Positions 19,496 through 28,430 of a stretch of 32,000 nucleotides of DNA are shown here, piece by piece. A program made the position numbers and the translations under genes. The notes beneath the pieces were generated by a model. It made no database searches, was not told where the DNA came from, and saw only the letters and a program-made list of their open reading frames with translations. The DNA is from Candidatus Atelocyanobacterium thalassa isolate ALOHA (GTDB taxonomy: Bacteria > Cyanobacteriota > Cyanobacteriia > Cyanobacteriales > Microcystaceae), in assembly GCF_000025125.1 (NCBI RefSeq), contig NC_013771.1:510001-542000 (forward strand). Reading direction: 5' to 3'. Every line of letters begins with the position of its first letter. Position 1 is the stretch's first letter.

Positions 19496-21433
19496 ATGGA
19501 ACTCTCCTTTGAACTCACTTTGCAAATTGTGATAGCTGTTTTAGCAGGCATTAGTGCTCAAGTTATTGCTGAATTTTTCAGAGTTCCGAGCATCGTATTT
19601 TTGCTCTTGTTTGGCATGTTATTGGGTGCAGATGGCTTTAATTTCCTTCATCCTCATGGATTAGGCGTTGGATTAGAAGTTTTAGTTGCTTTATCAGTAG
19701 CAATTATTCTTTTCGAAGGAGGGCTAAATTTAGAATTACGTGATCTAGGAAGAGTCTCAGGTAGCCTTCGTAATCTAGTTACCTTTGGTACTTTAATCAC
19801 TCTAGTTGGTGGTGGCATTTCTGCTCATTGGTTCGCAGAGTTCCCCTGGTCTATTGCATTTCTTTATGCTTCTTTAGTTGTGGTTACTGGTCCAACAGTC
19901 ATAAGTCCTTTACTTAAGCAAGTAGAAGTAGAGCGTAAAGTAGCTACATTATTAGAAAGTGAAGGGGTTCTTATCGATCCTGTAGGAGCAATTTTAGCAG
20001 TAGTAGTTTTTGATACTATCCTTAATAGCAATGCTAGTCCTTTAGAAATTATAAGTGGTTTATTATTAAGATTTGGAATTGGCGCAATTATTGGTGGCAT
20101 TAGCGGAGCTACTCTAGGCTTTATTCTTAAAAATACTAGTTTTTTATCAGAAGATCTTCGAAACTTAGTTGTACTTGCAGGTGTATGGGGATTATTCGGT
20201 CTAGCCCAACTGAGCCGAAGTGAGTCAGGTCTTATGGCAACAGTAGTGGCAGGAGTTGTTCTTAGAGCTTCTTCTATTCCCGATGAAAGACTTTTAAGAA
20301 GATTTAAAGGACAATTAACAGTTTTATGTGTTTCTGTATTATTTATTCTTCTAGCTGCAGATTTATCTATTGACAGTATTTTTGCTTTAGGTTGGGGAAG
20401 TGTTTTCACAGTCCTTAGCTTGATGTGGATAGTAAGGCCTATTAGCGTAATTCTTTGCACCATTAATAGCGATCTAAGCTGGAGACAAAAATTTTTTCTT
20501 GGATGGATAGCTCCAAGAGGAATTGTTTCAGCTTCAATTGCATCTTTATTCGCAATTTTATTAACCCAACAAGGTATTAATGGTGGAGATTCAATTAAAG
20601 CTCTGGTATTTTTAACTATTATGATGACAGTCTTTATCCAGGGCTTATCTGCTCGCTGGGTAGCAAAAGGGTTAAAAATTACTGCGGTTGAAGCTAAAGG
20701 AGCTGTTATTGTTGGTTGTAATTCTTTAGGAAGACTAATGGGAAGACTCTTTACACAAAGAGGAGAATCAGTTGTTTTAATTGATACTGATCCAGAAGCA
20801 TGTAATCAGGCTCAATCTGAAGGTTTATCAGTATTTCAAAGTAGCGCTTTAGATCCTAATGTTTTAGAAGAGGCTGGAATTGGTTCAATGGGGACTTTTA
20901 TGGCTTTAACCAGTAATGGTCAAGTAAATTTAGTCTTAGCTCAACGTGCTGTTGAAGAATTCAAACCCCCTAGAGTATTTGCTATCTTTCCTAGTAACTC
21001 TGATAGAGATCAAGCTTCACATAAAACAAAAATAATCCGAGCTTTTATAGATCAACAATTAATTAAAATTTGGAATCAATATCTTATTGAAGGACAATTT
21101 AAGTTAGGAATTACTCATTTTCAAGAGTCAGGGTTGCTCCCAAAGCAAGCTCATTTTCTCACTTTAATTAAAGAAGGTGAGATTTTACCCCTCTTAATTA
21201 AGAGAAAAGGTAACTTGCAAATAGTTCAGGCTTCTCAAAACTGGCAAATTGGAGATGAAATTATTTATCTTTTGCATGATCCTCGTCCAAAATTATTAAA
21301 ACATCTTTCAGAGAAAGTGAAAGTATCTAAAGAATTAATAATGGAATTTCTACCAGAAGTTGAAGAAGTCCCTTCCCCTGATTTGACAAGCCAAGTATTG
21401 CCAGATTCATCTACAGAAGTAATTGAGAATTAG
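19496..21433 (+). CDS. CPA1-family (NhaP-type) Na+(K+)/H+ antiporter with a C-terminal RCK/TrkA-N-like domain
   Basis: About 400 aa of multi-pass exchanger core (LLFGMLLGADG, ILFEGGLNL, VVTGPTVISPLL, ESEGVLIDPVGAIL), then a Rossmann-like domain (AVIVGCNSLGRLMGRLFTQRGESVVLIDTD). The track starts at TTG 19475. I prefer the in-frame ATG at 19496 (MELSFELTLQ...). Confidence 0.88.
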   Translation: MELSFELTLQIVIAVLAGISAQVIAEFFRVPSIVFLLLFGMLLGADGFNFLHPHGLGVGLEVLVALSVAIILFEGGLNLELRDLGRVSGSLRNLVTFGTLITLVGGGISAHWFAEFPWSIAFLYASLVVVTGPTVISPLLKQVEVERKVATLLESEGVLIDPVGAILAVVVFDTILNSNASPLEIISGLLLRFGIGAIIGGISGATLGFILKNTSFLSEDLRNLVVLAGVWGLFGLAQLSRSESGLMATVVAGVVLRASSIPDERLLRRFKGQLTVLCVSVLFILLAADLSIDSIFALGWGSVFTVLSLMWIVRPISVILCTINSDLSWRQKFFLGWIAPRGIVSASIASLFAILLTQQGINGGDSIKALVFLTIMMTVFIQGLSARWVAKGLKITAVEAKGAVIVGCNSLGRLMGRLFTQRGESVVLIDTDPEACNQAQSEGLSVFQSSALDPNVLEEAGIGSMGTFMALTSNGQVNLVLAQRAVEEFKPPRVFAIFPSNSDRDQASHKTKIIRAFIDQQLIKIWNQYLIEGQFKLGITHFQESGLLPKQAHFLTLIKEGEILPLLIKRKGNLQIVQASQNWQIGDEIIYLLHDPRPKLLKHLSEKVKVSKELIMEFLPEVEEVPSPDLTSQVLPDSSTEVIEN

Positions 21434-21520
21434 TATTAATAATAATATTGAGCTATCTATATTAACTTGGACAAGATGCTGTAAGATTACTATTAAAATA
21501 CTAAAGTTAATAATATAATT

Positions 21521-21643
21521 ATGGATATTAAATTAATTCTAATTATTCTTACCACTCTTTTTACTGTATCGTGTCTGTTTTTTGGAACTAAAAATGGTTT
21601 TTATGATTCTGATGACTACAAAGGTAATGGAACAGCTCATTGA
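21521..21643 (+). CDS. Candidate small membrane peptide (40 aa), not in the supplied ORF track
   Basis: The ORF runs from ATG to TGA and encodes MDIKLILIILTTLFTVSCLFFGTKNGFYDSDDYKGNGTAH, a hydrophobic helix followed by a polar Gly/Asp/Tyr tail. Two strong hairpins follow immediately. It has a loose resemblance to PetN (MDI...FT.S......G.NGF), but the spacing differs and there is an 11-13 aa tail. Confidence 0.45.
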   Translation: MDIKLILIILTTLFTVSCLFFGTKNGFYDSDDYKGNGTAH

Positions 21644-21668
21644 TTAATTTTACTTAAGTAAAATTAAT
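21643..21668. repeat. Perfect 26-bp palindrome starting at the last base of the small-ORF stop codon
   Basis: attaattttactt|aagtaaaattaat is an exact reverse complement. Confidence 0.8.
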
Positions 21669-21674
21669 AGTGCT

Positions 21675-21710
21675 ATTGGTCAGTACGCTCTATGTACTGA
21701 CCAATTTTTA
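21675..21710 (+). terminator. Rho-independent terminator between convergent genes
   Basis: attggtcagtac (21675-86), a 7-nt loop gctctat, then gtactgaccaat (21694-705), followed by TTTTA. The stem is relatively GC-rich for this sequence. It abuts the stop codon of the minus-strand permease (21708-10). Confidence 0.7.
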
Positions 21711-22685
21711 TGTCTTTTCTAGTTTAATTCGAGGATCAACCATAACAAGTAGTAAATCTGCTAATAGATTACCAATAATTAACATTACTGCACTCATAGT
21801 AAGGCTACCCATGACTAGGTATAAATCTTGCGCAGTAACTGCCTGCAAAATCAAACGTCCCAGTCCCGGCCAGTTAAAGAAAAATTCGGCTATGAACGCT
21901 CCTCCCAATAAATTTGCAAATTCGAATCCTAACAAAGTAACCAAAGGATTAATTGCATTACGTAGTGCATGATTGTATATTACTTTTTCTTCAGAAAGAC
22001 CTTTTGCCCTAGCAGTAACTATATAACTTTTTTGCATAACATCTAGCATCTGCCCTCTCGTCAATCTCATCAATCCAGCAAAACCAATAATACTTAAAGT
22101 AATTGTAGGTAGTATCATATGCCACCCTACATCTAATGTTTTACCAATAAATGATAAGTCATCATGATTTAAACTAGTCATGTTCCCAACTGGTAAAAGA
22201 GGAGATGTATATTGAGCAATGATTAAAATAATTAAGGCTGCAATAAATCTGGGAAAGCCTTGTCCAAAATAGCTAATTATCCTTAATAACTTATCTATCC
22301 AGGTGTTTTGTTTTACTGCACTTAAAATTCCCAGAGGTATAGCAATTAACCATGTTAAAGTTATGGAAAAAATAGAGAGGAGTAATGTTGCCGGTATCCT
22401 TTCTGCCAACAAAGATGATACGGAACGGTTATAAACAAAGCTTTCTCCAAAATCTAGATGAGTTGTAACCTGTGTTAGCCATTTCCAATACTGTATATAA
22501 AATGGTTTATCAAGACCGAAACGAATATTTAATTCTTGAATTATTTCTCGTGATATTTTAGGGTTTTGTCTTAAGGTATCTAGATAATCTCCTGGAGCAA
22601 TTTGAATGATAATAAAGCTTAGTATTGAAGTTAATAATATAGTTAAAAGACCCTGGAAAAGCCTCTTTGAGATATAAAACACCAT
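21708..22685 (-). CDS. ABC transporter permease, oligopeptide/dipeptide/nickel (OppB/DppB-like) family
   Basis: 325 aa. It has the typical N-terminus (YISKRLFQGLLTILLTSILSFIIIQIAPGDY) and an EAA-loop region (SYIVTARAKGLSEEKVIYNHALRNA). Confidence 0.9.
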   Translation of the reverse strand: MVFYISKRLFQGLLTILLTSILSFIIIQIAPGDYLDTLRQNPKISREIIQELNIRFGLDKPFYIQYWKWLTQVTTHLDFGESFVYNRSVSSLLAERIPATLLLSIFSITLTWLIAIPLGILSAVKQNTWIDKLLRIISYFGQGFPRFIAALIILIIAQYTSPLLPVGNMTSLNHDDLSFIGKTLDVGWHMILPTITLSIIGFAGLMRLTRGQMLDVMQKSYIVTARAKGLSEEKVIYNHALRNAINPLVTLLGFEFANLLGGAFIAEFFFNWPGLGRLILQAVTAQDLYLVMGSLTMSAVMLIIGNLLADLLLVMVDPRIKLEKT

Positions 22686-22735
22686 TTTAATATAAATTAG
22701 AGGATTACATTAAGTGAGATTAAAATAACTAGATA

Positions 22736-23257
22736 TTAGTATTTAACTAAACTAATAATAGGAACATTAGGTAACTTTTCCCTTCCTTTTAGAGCTTCTA
22801 GCTCAATAATAAAAGCAAAACCTAAAACATTACAACCAATTTTTTTTAGCAACTCTACTGTTGCTTCTGCTGTACCACCTGTGGCTAATAAGTCATCTAC
22901 GATCACAACATTATGAAAACTTTGCAAAGCATCCTGATGAATTTCTAGAGTATCTACACCATACTCTAAATCGTATTGAACTTTATAAACTGGCCTAGGA
23001 AGCTTCCCAGGTTTTCTAACAGGTATGAAGCCTGAATTTAGTTGATAAGCTAGCGGAGCTCCAAAAATAAATCCTCGTGATTCCATTCCAATTACATAAT
23101 CAGGCGATAAACTAGATTTTCGACACTCATCAGTTAGCAAATTTATCGTATATTGAAATCCTTTTGAATCATTTAATAAAGTTGTAATATCACGAAATAC
23201 TATACCAGGCTTGGGAAAATCAGGAATGTCACGAATTAACTCTTTGAGGTCCATCAA
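22736..23257 (-). CDS. apt: Adenine phosphoribosyltransferase
   Basis: 173 aa. It has [18 protein letters not shown] and the PRPP loop [16 protein letters not shown]. Confidence 0.96.
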   Translation of the reverse strand: MMDLKELIRDIPDFPKPGIVFRDITTLLNDSKGFQYTINLLTDECRKSSLSPDYVIGMESRGFIFGAPLAYQLNSGFIPVRKPGKLPRPVYKVQYDLEYGVDTLEIHQDALQSFHNVVIVDDLLATGGTAEATVELLKKIGCNVLGFAFIIELEALKGREKLPNVPIISLVKY

Positions 23258-23856
23258 TTCTCTCTTAATAATTATTTTGGTTAATAATTATATACTAATC
23301 TTTATCTGCTATTTATGATTATAGTTACTTATTTATAATTGTTAAACTTTTATCTTGCGTAAAAAATATTTACAAATTTGATTTACAACTTGATAAATAG
23401 AAACTAGCCAAGAAGTACCAATCTAATACAACCAGTAAGATATTAGAAGTTAAATATTTTTGTATATTTATATACCTAGTTATTTTTATCAGCATGATAG
23501 GTACCTAGAATATTTAAATTTATATCAAAGTGCTGTCAAAAGTCAGATAATTTTTAAAAATTATTTGATACTTAAAGATAGAAAAAAAAATTTAAATTTC
23601 AGCTAAAAATGACTTTTTTAAATATATTTTCTAATTTATAACTTTTTTTAATGCTTTAAAAGTATTTTGCATCATTTTACTCTTTAAAGATAGCAATATC
23701 TTCAAATTTCAATCTATAAAATGTTATATTTTTAAAATTATATAAATTTTTTTACTAAATTAAGCTATTTTGACTATTGACTTTTTCTTCGATTAAGAAT
23801 TACTTTAGTTTGTAGCAGCAAAGGCTGATTCAAATTTGATTGTCGAGAGGTAAAGT

Positions 23857-24429
23857 ATGGGCGTTATTGAAACTGTACCCAGTGTTGTATTTAAAACCCG
23901 TGTTCGTGATGAATCTGTTCCTGGACCAAATCCTTATCGTTGGCAAGATCTAACTACTGAAGAGATTTTTAAAGGTAAGAAAGTTGTTGTTTTCTCTTTG
24001 CCTGGTGCATTTACTCCAACTTGTTCGTCTAATCATCTACCTCGCTACGAAGAATTATACAATGAGTTTAAAGCATCAGGAGTAGACACTATTATTTGTT
24101 TATCAGTTAATGATGCTTTTGTTATGTTTCAGTGGGGTAAGCAGCAAGAAGCGAAAAACGTTTTTCTACTGCCTGATGGAAGTGGTGAATTTACTCGCAA
24201 GATGGGCATGTTAGTTGATAAATCTAACCTTGGCTTTGGGATGCGCTCTTGGCGTTATTCTATGCTAGTTGACAACTGTAAAGTCGAAAAGATTTTTGTT
24301 GAATCTGGTTTTAGTGATAATTGTCCTAGTGATCCTTTTGAGGTATCTGATGCTGATACTATGCTAGCTTATCTCAAAGGAGATAAACCTTCAGGTGTCT
24401 CTAAACCAGTAAAAGCCTTTATTGGCTAG
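23857..24429 (+). CDS. Peroxiredoxin, Prx5/type-II subfamily
   Basis: 190 aa. It has the peroxidatic Cys motif [12 protein letters not shown] and the Prx5-type [16 protein letters not shown] Shine-Dalgarno lies about 6 nt upstream. Confidence 0.93.
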   Translation: MGVIETVPSVVFKTRVRDESVPGPNPYRWQDLTTEEIFKGKKVVVFSLPGAFTPTCSSNHLPRYEELYNEFKASGVDTIICLSVNDAFVMFQWGKQQEAKNVFLLPDGSGEFTRKMGMLVDKSNLGFGMRSWRYSMLVDNCKVEKIFVESGFSDNCPSDPFEVSDADTMLAYLKGDKPSGVSKPVKAFIG

Positions 24430-24450
24430 TCTCAAAAAAATATTCTACTT

Positions 24451-24484
24451 ATTAAGGAATCAATTTTTATATTGATTCCTTAAT
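24451..24484 (+). terminator. 3' stem-loop after the peroxiredoxin gene
   Basis: attaaggaatcaat - ttttat - attgattccttaat has 14-bp perfect arms and a 6-nt loop. The downstream T tract is weak. Confidence 0.5.
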
Positions 24485-24530
24485 AGTTTCTGTCTACGCC
24501 CTCAAAATATGTTATATTAAACAAGTGCGT

Positions 24531-24604
24531 GGCGAGCGTAGCCAAGTGGTTAAGGCAGTGGGTTGTGGTCCCGCCATTCGTGGGTTCGAGTCCCATCGTT
24601 CGCC
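24531..24604 (+). tRNA. trnH: tRNA-His (anticodon GUG) with genomically encoded G-1
   Basis: G(-1)-GCGAGCG-TA-GCCAAGTGGTTAAGGC-A-GTGGG-TT-GTG-GT-CCCGC-CATTC-GTGGG-TTCGAGT-CCCAT-CGTTCGC-C. The 7-bp acceptor stem has one G-U pair. G-1 lies opposite discriminator C73, as is typical of bacterial tRNA-His. The GTG anticodon is at 24565-67. No CCA is encoded. Confidence 0.93.
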
Positions 24605-24720
24605 CTTATAGCTTTTAACTTGTACTTATATACAAAAAACCTTTCTTATTTTAGTAATAGTTTGAATCTTATTTAACAGTTCAATACGTTTTGCCAAATA
24701 ATTTTTTACTATATTAAATA

Positions 24721-25431
24721 ATGTGGAAATATCCTACTGATAAGCTTGTTATCAATTCTAAAAAAATTCATGTATGGAAGATTGATTTATCAGCATCTTA
24801 CTTACTTGTTAGATTTTACTTAACCATACTTAATAAAGAAGAAAAAAAAATTTCTCAAATCCGATTTATAAAAGATAAAAGACGTTTTATTATATCTCGA
24901 GGAATATTAAAACTTATTTTAAGTAAATATTTATTGATCGACCCAAAGCAAATAAATTTTGAATATACTGCTCACGGCAAACCTAAGCTTGCTGATTCAA
25001 TTAATTCTATGGAGATAGAATTTAATATTTCTCATTCCGAGGAATTAATTGTCTACGCGATTACATGCCAAGATCCTATCGGAGTTGATATTGAGTATAT
25101 TCAACCTTTATTAAATGTAGAAAAAATTGCTAAGCGTTTTTTCTCCACTCAGGAATTTAAGAAACTAAAATACTTAAATAATTCTGAAAAAAATCTTGAA
25201 TTTTTAAAACTTTGGACAGGGAAAGAAGCATATTTAAAAGCTACAGGAGAAGGAATTAGTCAAGGACTGGACAAAGTACAAATAACAACCAATCACACTA
25301 CAAAAATTATTGGTGCTCCTTATTTCAATTATCTTCCATGGAAGATAATTTCGTTTGTTACCCAGTCAAATTATTTAATAAGTATAGCTACATTAGATAA
25401 AGAACGGAAAATATATTATTGGAAAGTTTAA
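24721..25431 (+). CDS. 4'-phosphopantetheinyl transferase, Sfp/HetI type
   Basis: 236 aa. It has FNISHSEELIVYAI, IGVDIEYI and LWTGKEAYLKATGEG, which are the three conserved PPTase motifs. Confidence 0.9.
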   Translation: MWKYPTDKLVINSKKIHVWKIDLSASYLLVRFYLTILNKEEKKISQIRFIKDKRRFIISRGILKLILSKYLLIDPKQINFEYTAHGKPKLADSINSMEIEFNISHSEELIVYAITCQDPIGVDIEYIQPLLNVEKIAKRFFSTQEFKKLKYLNNSEKNLEFLKLWTGKEAYLKATGEGISQGLDKVQITTNHTTKIIGAPYFNYLPWKIISFVTQSNYLISIATLDKERKIYYWKV

Positions 25432-25463
25432 AAAAGTTAAATAAGATAAATCTTTCATTTTAT

Positions 25464-26018
25464 TTATGGGAAACTATTACCATGATGATGGAAATTTAAT
25501 GTTCCTGCTCCTATATATAATCCTTGGGAATGTTTTCCTTCTGGATAAACTGTTATGCCAAATTGGTAATTTCCACCTACTGTAGGATTATTTGTAGGCT
25601 TCATTATAATAGTAAAAGTTTGTCCAGGACGGATCGAAGGTTCAAAGACTATAGAAATTTTATTATTATCTAAGTTTTTTTTCACTTTGCTAATAAACAA
25701 ATTACTTTCAGGACTAATTGTTTTTCCTATAAAAGCAACAGTTTGATTCAAATCAAACTGTATTTTATCTACTCCTTTAATTTGTTGTAACACTAACTTC
25801 TGAAGAGGTGCTCCAGCATCCAAAGGTGTTGCTACAGTGAAATAATATGCTGCATTATCTGCTTTAACTTGGCTTAAGCTAGTTATTGATTCAATTAATC
25901 TAGGAGATTTATTGAATAAGGTAATATGATCACCAACATTGAGTGAAATTAAGGAAGAACCAATCAAGAAGATGCTTCCTGTCATTTGAAATATATTTTT
26001 TAAAATAAAAGTATTCAC
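25464..26018 (-). CDS. Secreted DUF2808-family protein (cyanobacteria-specific)
   Basis: 184 aa. An N-terminal signal or anchor is followed by FNKSPRLIESITS..........AAYYFTVATPLDAGAPLQKLVLQQ, which matches my memory of the DUF2808 pattern. The start could be the internal Met12. Confidence 0.65.
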   Translation of the reverse strand: MNTFILKNIFQMTGSIFLIGSSLISLNVGDHITLFNKSPRLIESITSLSQVKADNAAYYFTVATPLDAGAPLQKLVLQQIKGVDKIQFDLNQTVAFIGKTISPESNLFISKVKKNLDNNKISIVFEPSIRPGQTFTIIMKPTNNPTVGGNYQFGITVYPEGKHSQGLYIGAGTLNFHHHGNSFP

Positions 26019-26044
26019 AATTAATTGATAAATATTAATAAAAT

Positions 26045-26070
26045 AAAAACCTAGGTTATCCTAGGTTTTT
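26045..26070 (-). terminator. Rho-independent (bidirectional-looking) terminator of pnp
   Basis: aaaaacctagg-ttat-cctaggttttt has 11-bp perfect arms and a 4-nt loop. It is flanked by an A-run and a T-run, so a U-tail exists on both strands. It starts 11 nt after the pnp stop. Confidence 0.8.
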
Positions 26071-26080
26071 ATTGTAATAG

Positions 26081-28228
26081 TTAAACTATTTTTCTAACAG
26101 CAGAAGCTTCGTCTGGATGAATACCTAAACGTGTCAGATTTAATCGTCCTTTGTTATCGATTTCACGTACTTTAACTACAACTTCATCTCCAACAGCAAC
26201 TTCATCTTCTACTTTACCTACTCTTCTTTCGGCTAATTGAGAAATATGAATCATACCTTCCTTGCCTGGCAAGACTTCTACAAAAGCTCCTATAGGGATA
26301 AGGCGAGTAACGCGACCCAAGTAAACTTCTCCTTCGTTTAGTTTGCGTGTCATATTAAAGATAATACTTTTTGCTTTCTCTGCCTTTTTCGCTTGAATAG
26401 CAGCAATAGTAACCATACCATCATCAGAAATATCGATTTTTGAACCGGTTTGTTCTGTAATACCTTTAATAGTTTTACCACCTGGACCAATAATTAACCC
26501 TATCATTTCAGGATCAATTTTCATGGTTAATAGTCGAGGAGCAAATGTTGATAATTCTGAACGTGGCTTATCAATAGTTGACAACATTTTTTCAAGAATA
26601 TGTAGACGGGCAGGTAAAGCCTGTTCAATAGCTTTTGCTATAACATCCATTGATAACCCAGTAATTTTCATATCCATTTGTAAAGCTGTAATACCACTAT
26701 CAGTTCCAGCTACTTTGAAGTCCATATCTCCTAAGAAATCTTCGATTCCTTGTATATCCGTAAGAATACGTACTTCTTCTCCCTCTTTGATAAGTCCCAT
26801 AGCTGCTCCACTAACTGGTTTGGCAATAGGTACTCCAGCATCCATTAAAGCTAAAGTTGATCCACAAACAGATCCCATTGATGTAGAGCCATTAGAGGAT
26901 AAAACCTCTGATACAACTCTAACTACATAAGGGAATTCTTCTTGTTGGGGCAATACAGGCAGAAGAGCACGTTCTGCCAAAGCTCCATGTCCAATTTCTC
27001 TTCTTCCTGGAGATCTCATTGGTTTAGTCTCTGCAACAGAATAAGGAGGAAAATTATAGTGATGTAAATAGCGCTTTTCATCTTCAGGATGTAAATCATC
27101 ACCTAAATCTTGTGCATCGCCTGGAGTACCAAGGGTTGCCAAAGATAATACTTGAGTTAAACCTCTATTAAATAATCCACAACCATGTACCCTTGGAGGT
27201 AGAATACCTACATCACAAGTAATAGGACGAACTTCATCAAGTTTTCTACCATCCACGCGAATCTCGTTATCAACAATTTGCGATCGCATTAACTTTTTGG
27301 TTAAACCTTTATAAAGATTATTTACAGCTTTAGGATCTTCCTTAGCAGCAATTTTTATTGAATCCTCTTCTGAAAGATTAGTTATTATTTCATTAATAGT
27401 TGTTTCTTTGATTTCATCAAGAGCTATATCTCTTTCAGCCTTACCAAGATTATATTGAACTAAAACTTTTTTGATAGATTCAGACGACTGATCGCTAATG
27501 AATTTTTCTAGAACTTCATTTTTTACTGGGGGATCAGCTTTTACTAATGATATTCCCAGTTCTTCCATAATTTCTTGTTGTGCCCCAATTAGATCTCTTA
27601 CCGCCTCATAGCCAAAATCAATAGCTTCAATAACATCTTGTTCTGGAAGCTGATTAGCTCCAGCTTCGATCATGACAACACCGTCAGGACTTCCTGCAAC
27701 TACTAGATCAAGATCTCCATCTTCTACTTCTCGGTAAGTAGGATTAATAATAAAATCATCTCCTACTAAACCTACCCTGACAGCTGCCATGGGCCCAAAG
27801 AAAGGAATCTGAGCCTGAATTACAGCTATCGAAGCACCTGTCACAGCCAGAACATCAGGGGGCACTTCCTCATCCATAGATAAAGTAGTAGCAATAATCT
27901 GAATATCATTTCGAAACCAATTAGGAAATAAAGGACGTAAAGGTCGATCAATTAGTCTACTAATAAGAGTTACCCTTTCTGGAGGACGTCCTTCTCTTCG
28001 TAAAAATCCTCCTGGAATTCGTCCTGCAGCATAAAGTCTTTCTTCATAATCTACAGTTAAAGGCAAAAAATCAATACCTTCTCTTCCTTTTGATGTTGTT
28101 GCTGTTACTAGAACTGCCGTATCTCCGGACTGAATTAGAATTGCTCCACCTGCTTGAGGAGCCAATAATCCTAGCTTTAGTCGAATATCTCGTCCGTCAA
28201 AAGATATTGATTTATCAAATTCTTGCAT
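26081..28228 (-). CDS. pnp: Polyribonucleotide nucleotidyltransferase (PNPase)
   Basis: 715 aa. It has two RNase PH domains ([16 protein letters not shown]; [12 protein letters not shown]), a KH domain ([14 protein letters not shown]) and an S1 domain ([33 protein letters not shown]). Confidence 0.98.
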   Translation of the reverse strand: MQEFDKSISFDGRDIRLKLGLLAPQAGGAILIQSGDTAVLVTATTSKGREGIDFLPLTVDYEERLYAAGRIPGGFLRREGRPPERVTLISRLIDRPLRPLFPNWFRNDIQIIATTLSMDEEVPPDVLAVTGASIAVIQAQIPFFGPMAAVRVGLVGDDFIINPTYREVEDGDLDLVVAGSPDGVVMIEAGANQLPEQDVIEAIDFGYEAVRDLIGAQQEIMEELGISLVKADPPVKNEVLEKFISDQSSESIKKVLVQYNLGKAERDIALDEIKETTINEIITNLSEEDSIKIAAKEDPKAVNNLYKGLTKKLMRSQIVDNEIRVDGRKLDEVRPITCDVGILPPRVHGCGLFNRGLTQVLSLATLGTPGDAQDLGDDLHPEDEKRYLHHYNFPPYSVAETKPMRSPGRREIGHGALAERALLPVLPQQEEFPYVVRVVSEVLSSNGSTSMGSVCGSTLALMDAGVPIAKPVSGAAMGLIKEGEEVRILTDIQGIEDFLGDMDFKVAGTDSGITALQMDMKITGLSMDVIAKAIEQALPARLHILEKMLSTIDKPRSELSTFAPRLLTMKIDPEMIGLIIGPGGKTIKGITEQTGSKIDISDDGMVTIAAIQAKKAEKAKSIIFNMTRKLNEGEVYLGRVTRLIPIGAFVEVLPGKEGMIHISQLAERRVGKVEDEVAVGDEVVVKVREIDNKGRLNLTRLGIHPDEASAVRKIV
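27280..27287. repeat. HIP1 octamer GCGATCGC (inside the pnp CDS)
   Basis: Exact match in ..caatttGCGATCGCattaac.. Confidence 0.9.
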
Positions 28229-28430
28229 TCAACGTCTCTTCCCTTTTTTTATTATGTTTCTCTTTCTGTCGCAATCCTAACATTTTAAAGGAACTTGACG
28301 CGATGGACTACCCCATGTAAATGTAGTTATTTAAATTTGTTTATATTTTTCTCTATATATTTCATCTTTCAATATATTCAGTAAAGCAAATTTCAAGCTT
28401 TAGATTGTTTTTTAGGAGTTTAAAATAACT

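Noticed and set aside
19864-20463. 199-aa minus-strand ORF inside the antiporter gene. The same class includes 1475..1687(-), 6168..6368(+), 9413..9634(-), 9540..9902(-), 11945..12166(+), 21670..21972(+), 26523..26930(+), 28090..28320(+) and 28805..29035(-).
   Set aside because: All of them lie wholly or largely antisense to well-supported conserved genes. Their compositions are skewed (Arg/Lys/Thr/Pro- or Leu/Phe-rich) with no recognisable motifs, which is typical of shadow ORFs.
21675-21705. NtcA-like GTA-N8-TAC site inside the hairpin (gtacgctctatgtac)
   Set aside because: The spacing is N9, not N8. The site lies between two convergent gene ends, not in a promoter. The palindromy is explained by the terminator stem.
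28229-28430. pnp leader as an autoregulatory RNase III-type hairpin. The leader is locally more GC-rich (ggggtagtccatcgcgtcaagttcc) and has a purine-rich tract before the start.
   Set aside because: I could not fold a convincing long stem by eye, only 4-bp pairings. The purine tract is adequately explained as a Shine-Dalgarno region (GGGAAGAG).
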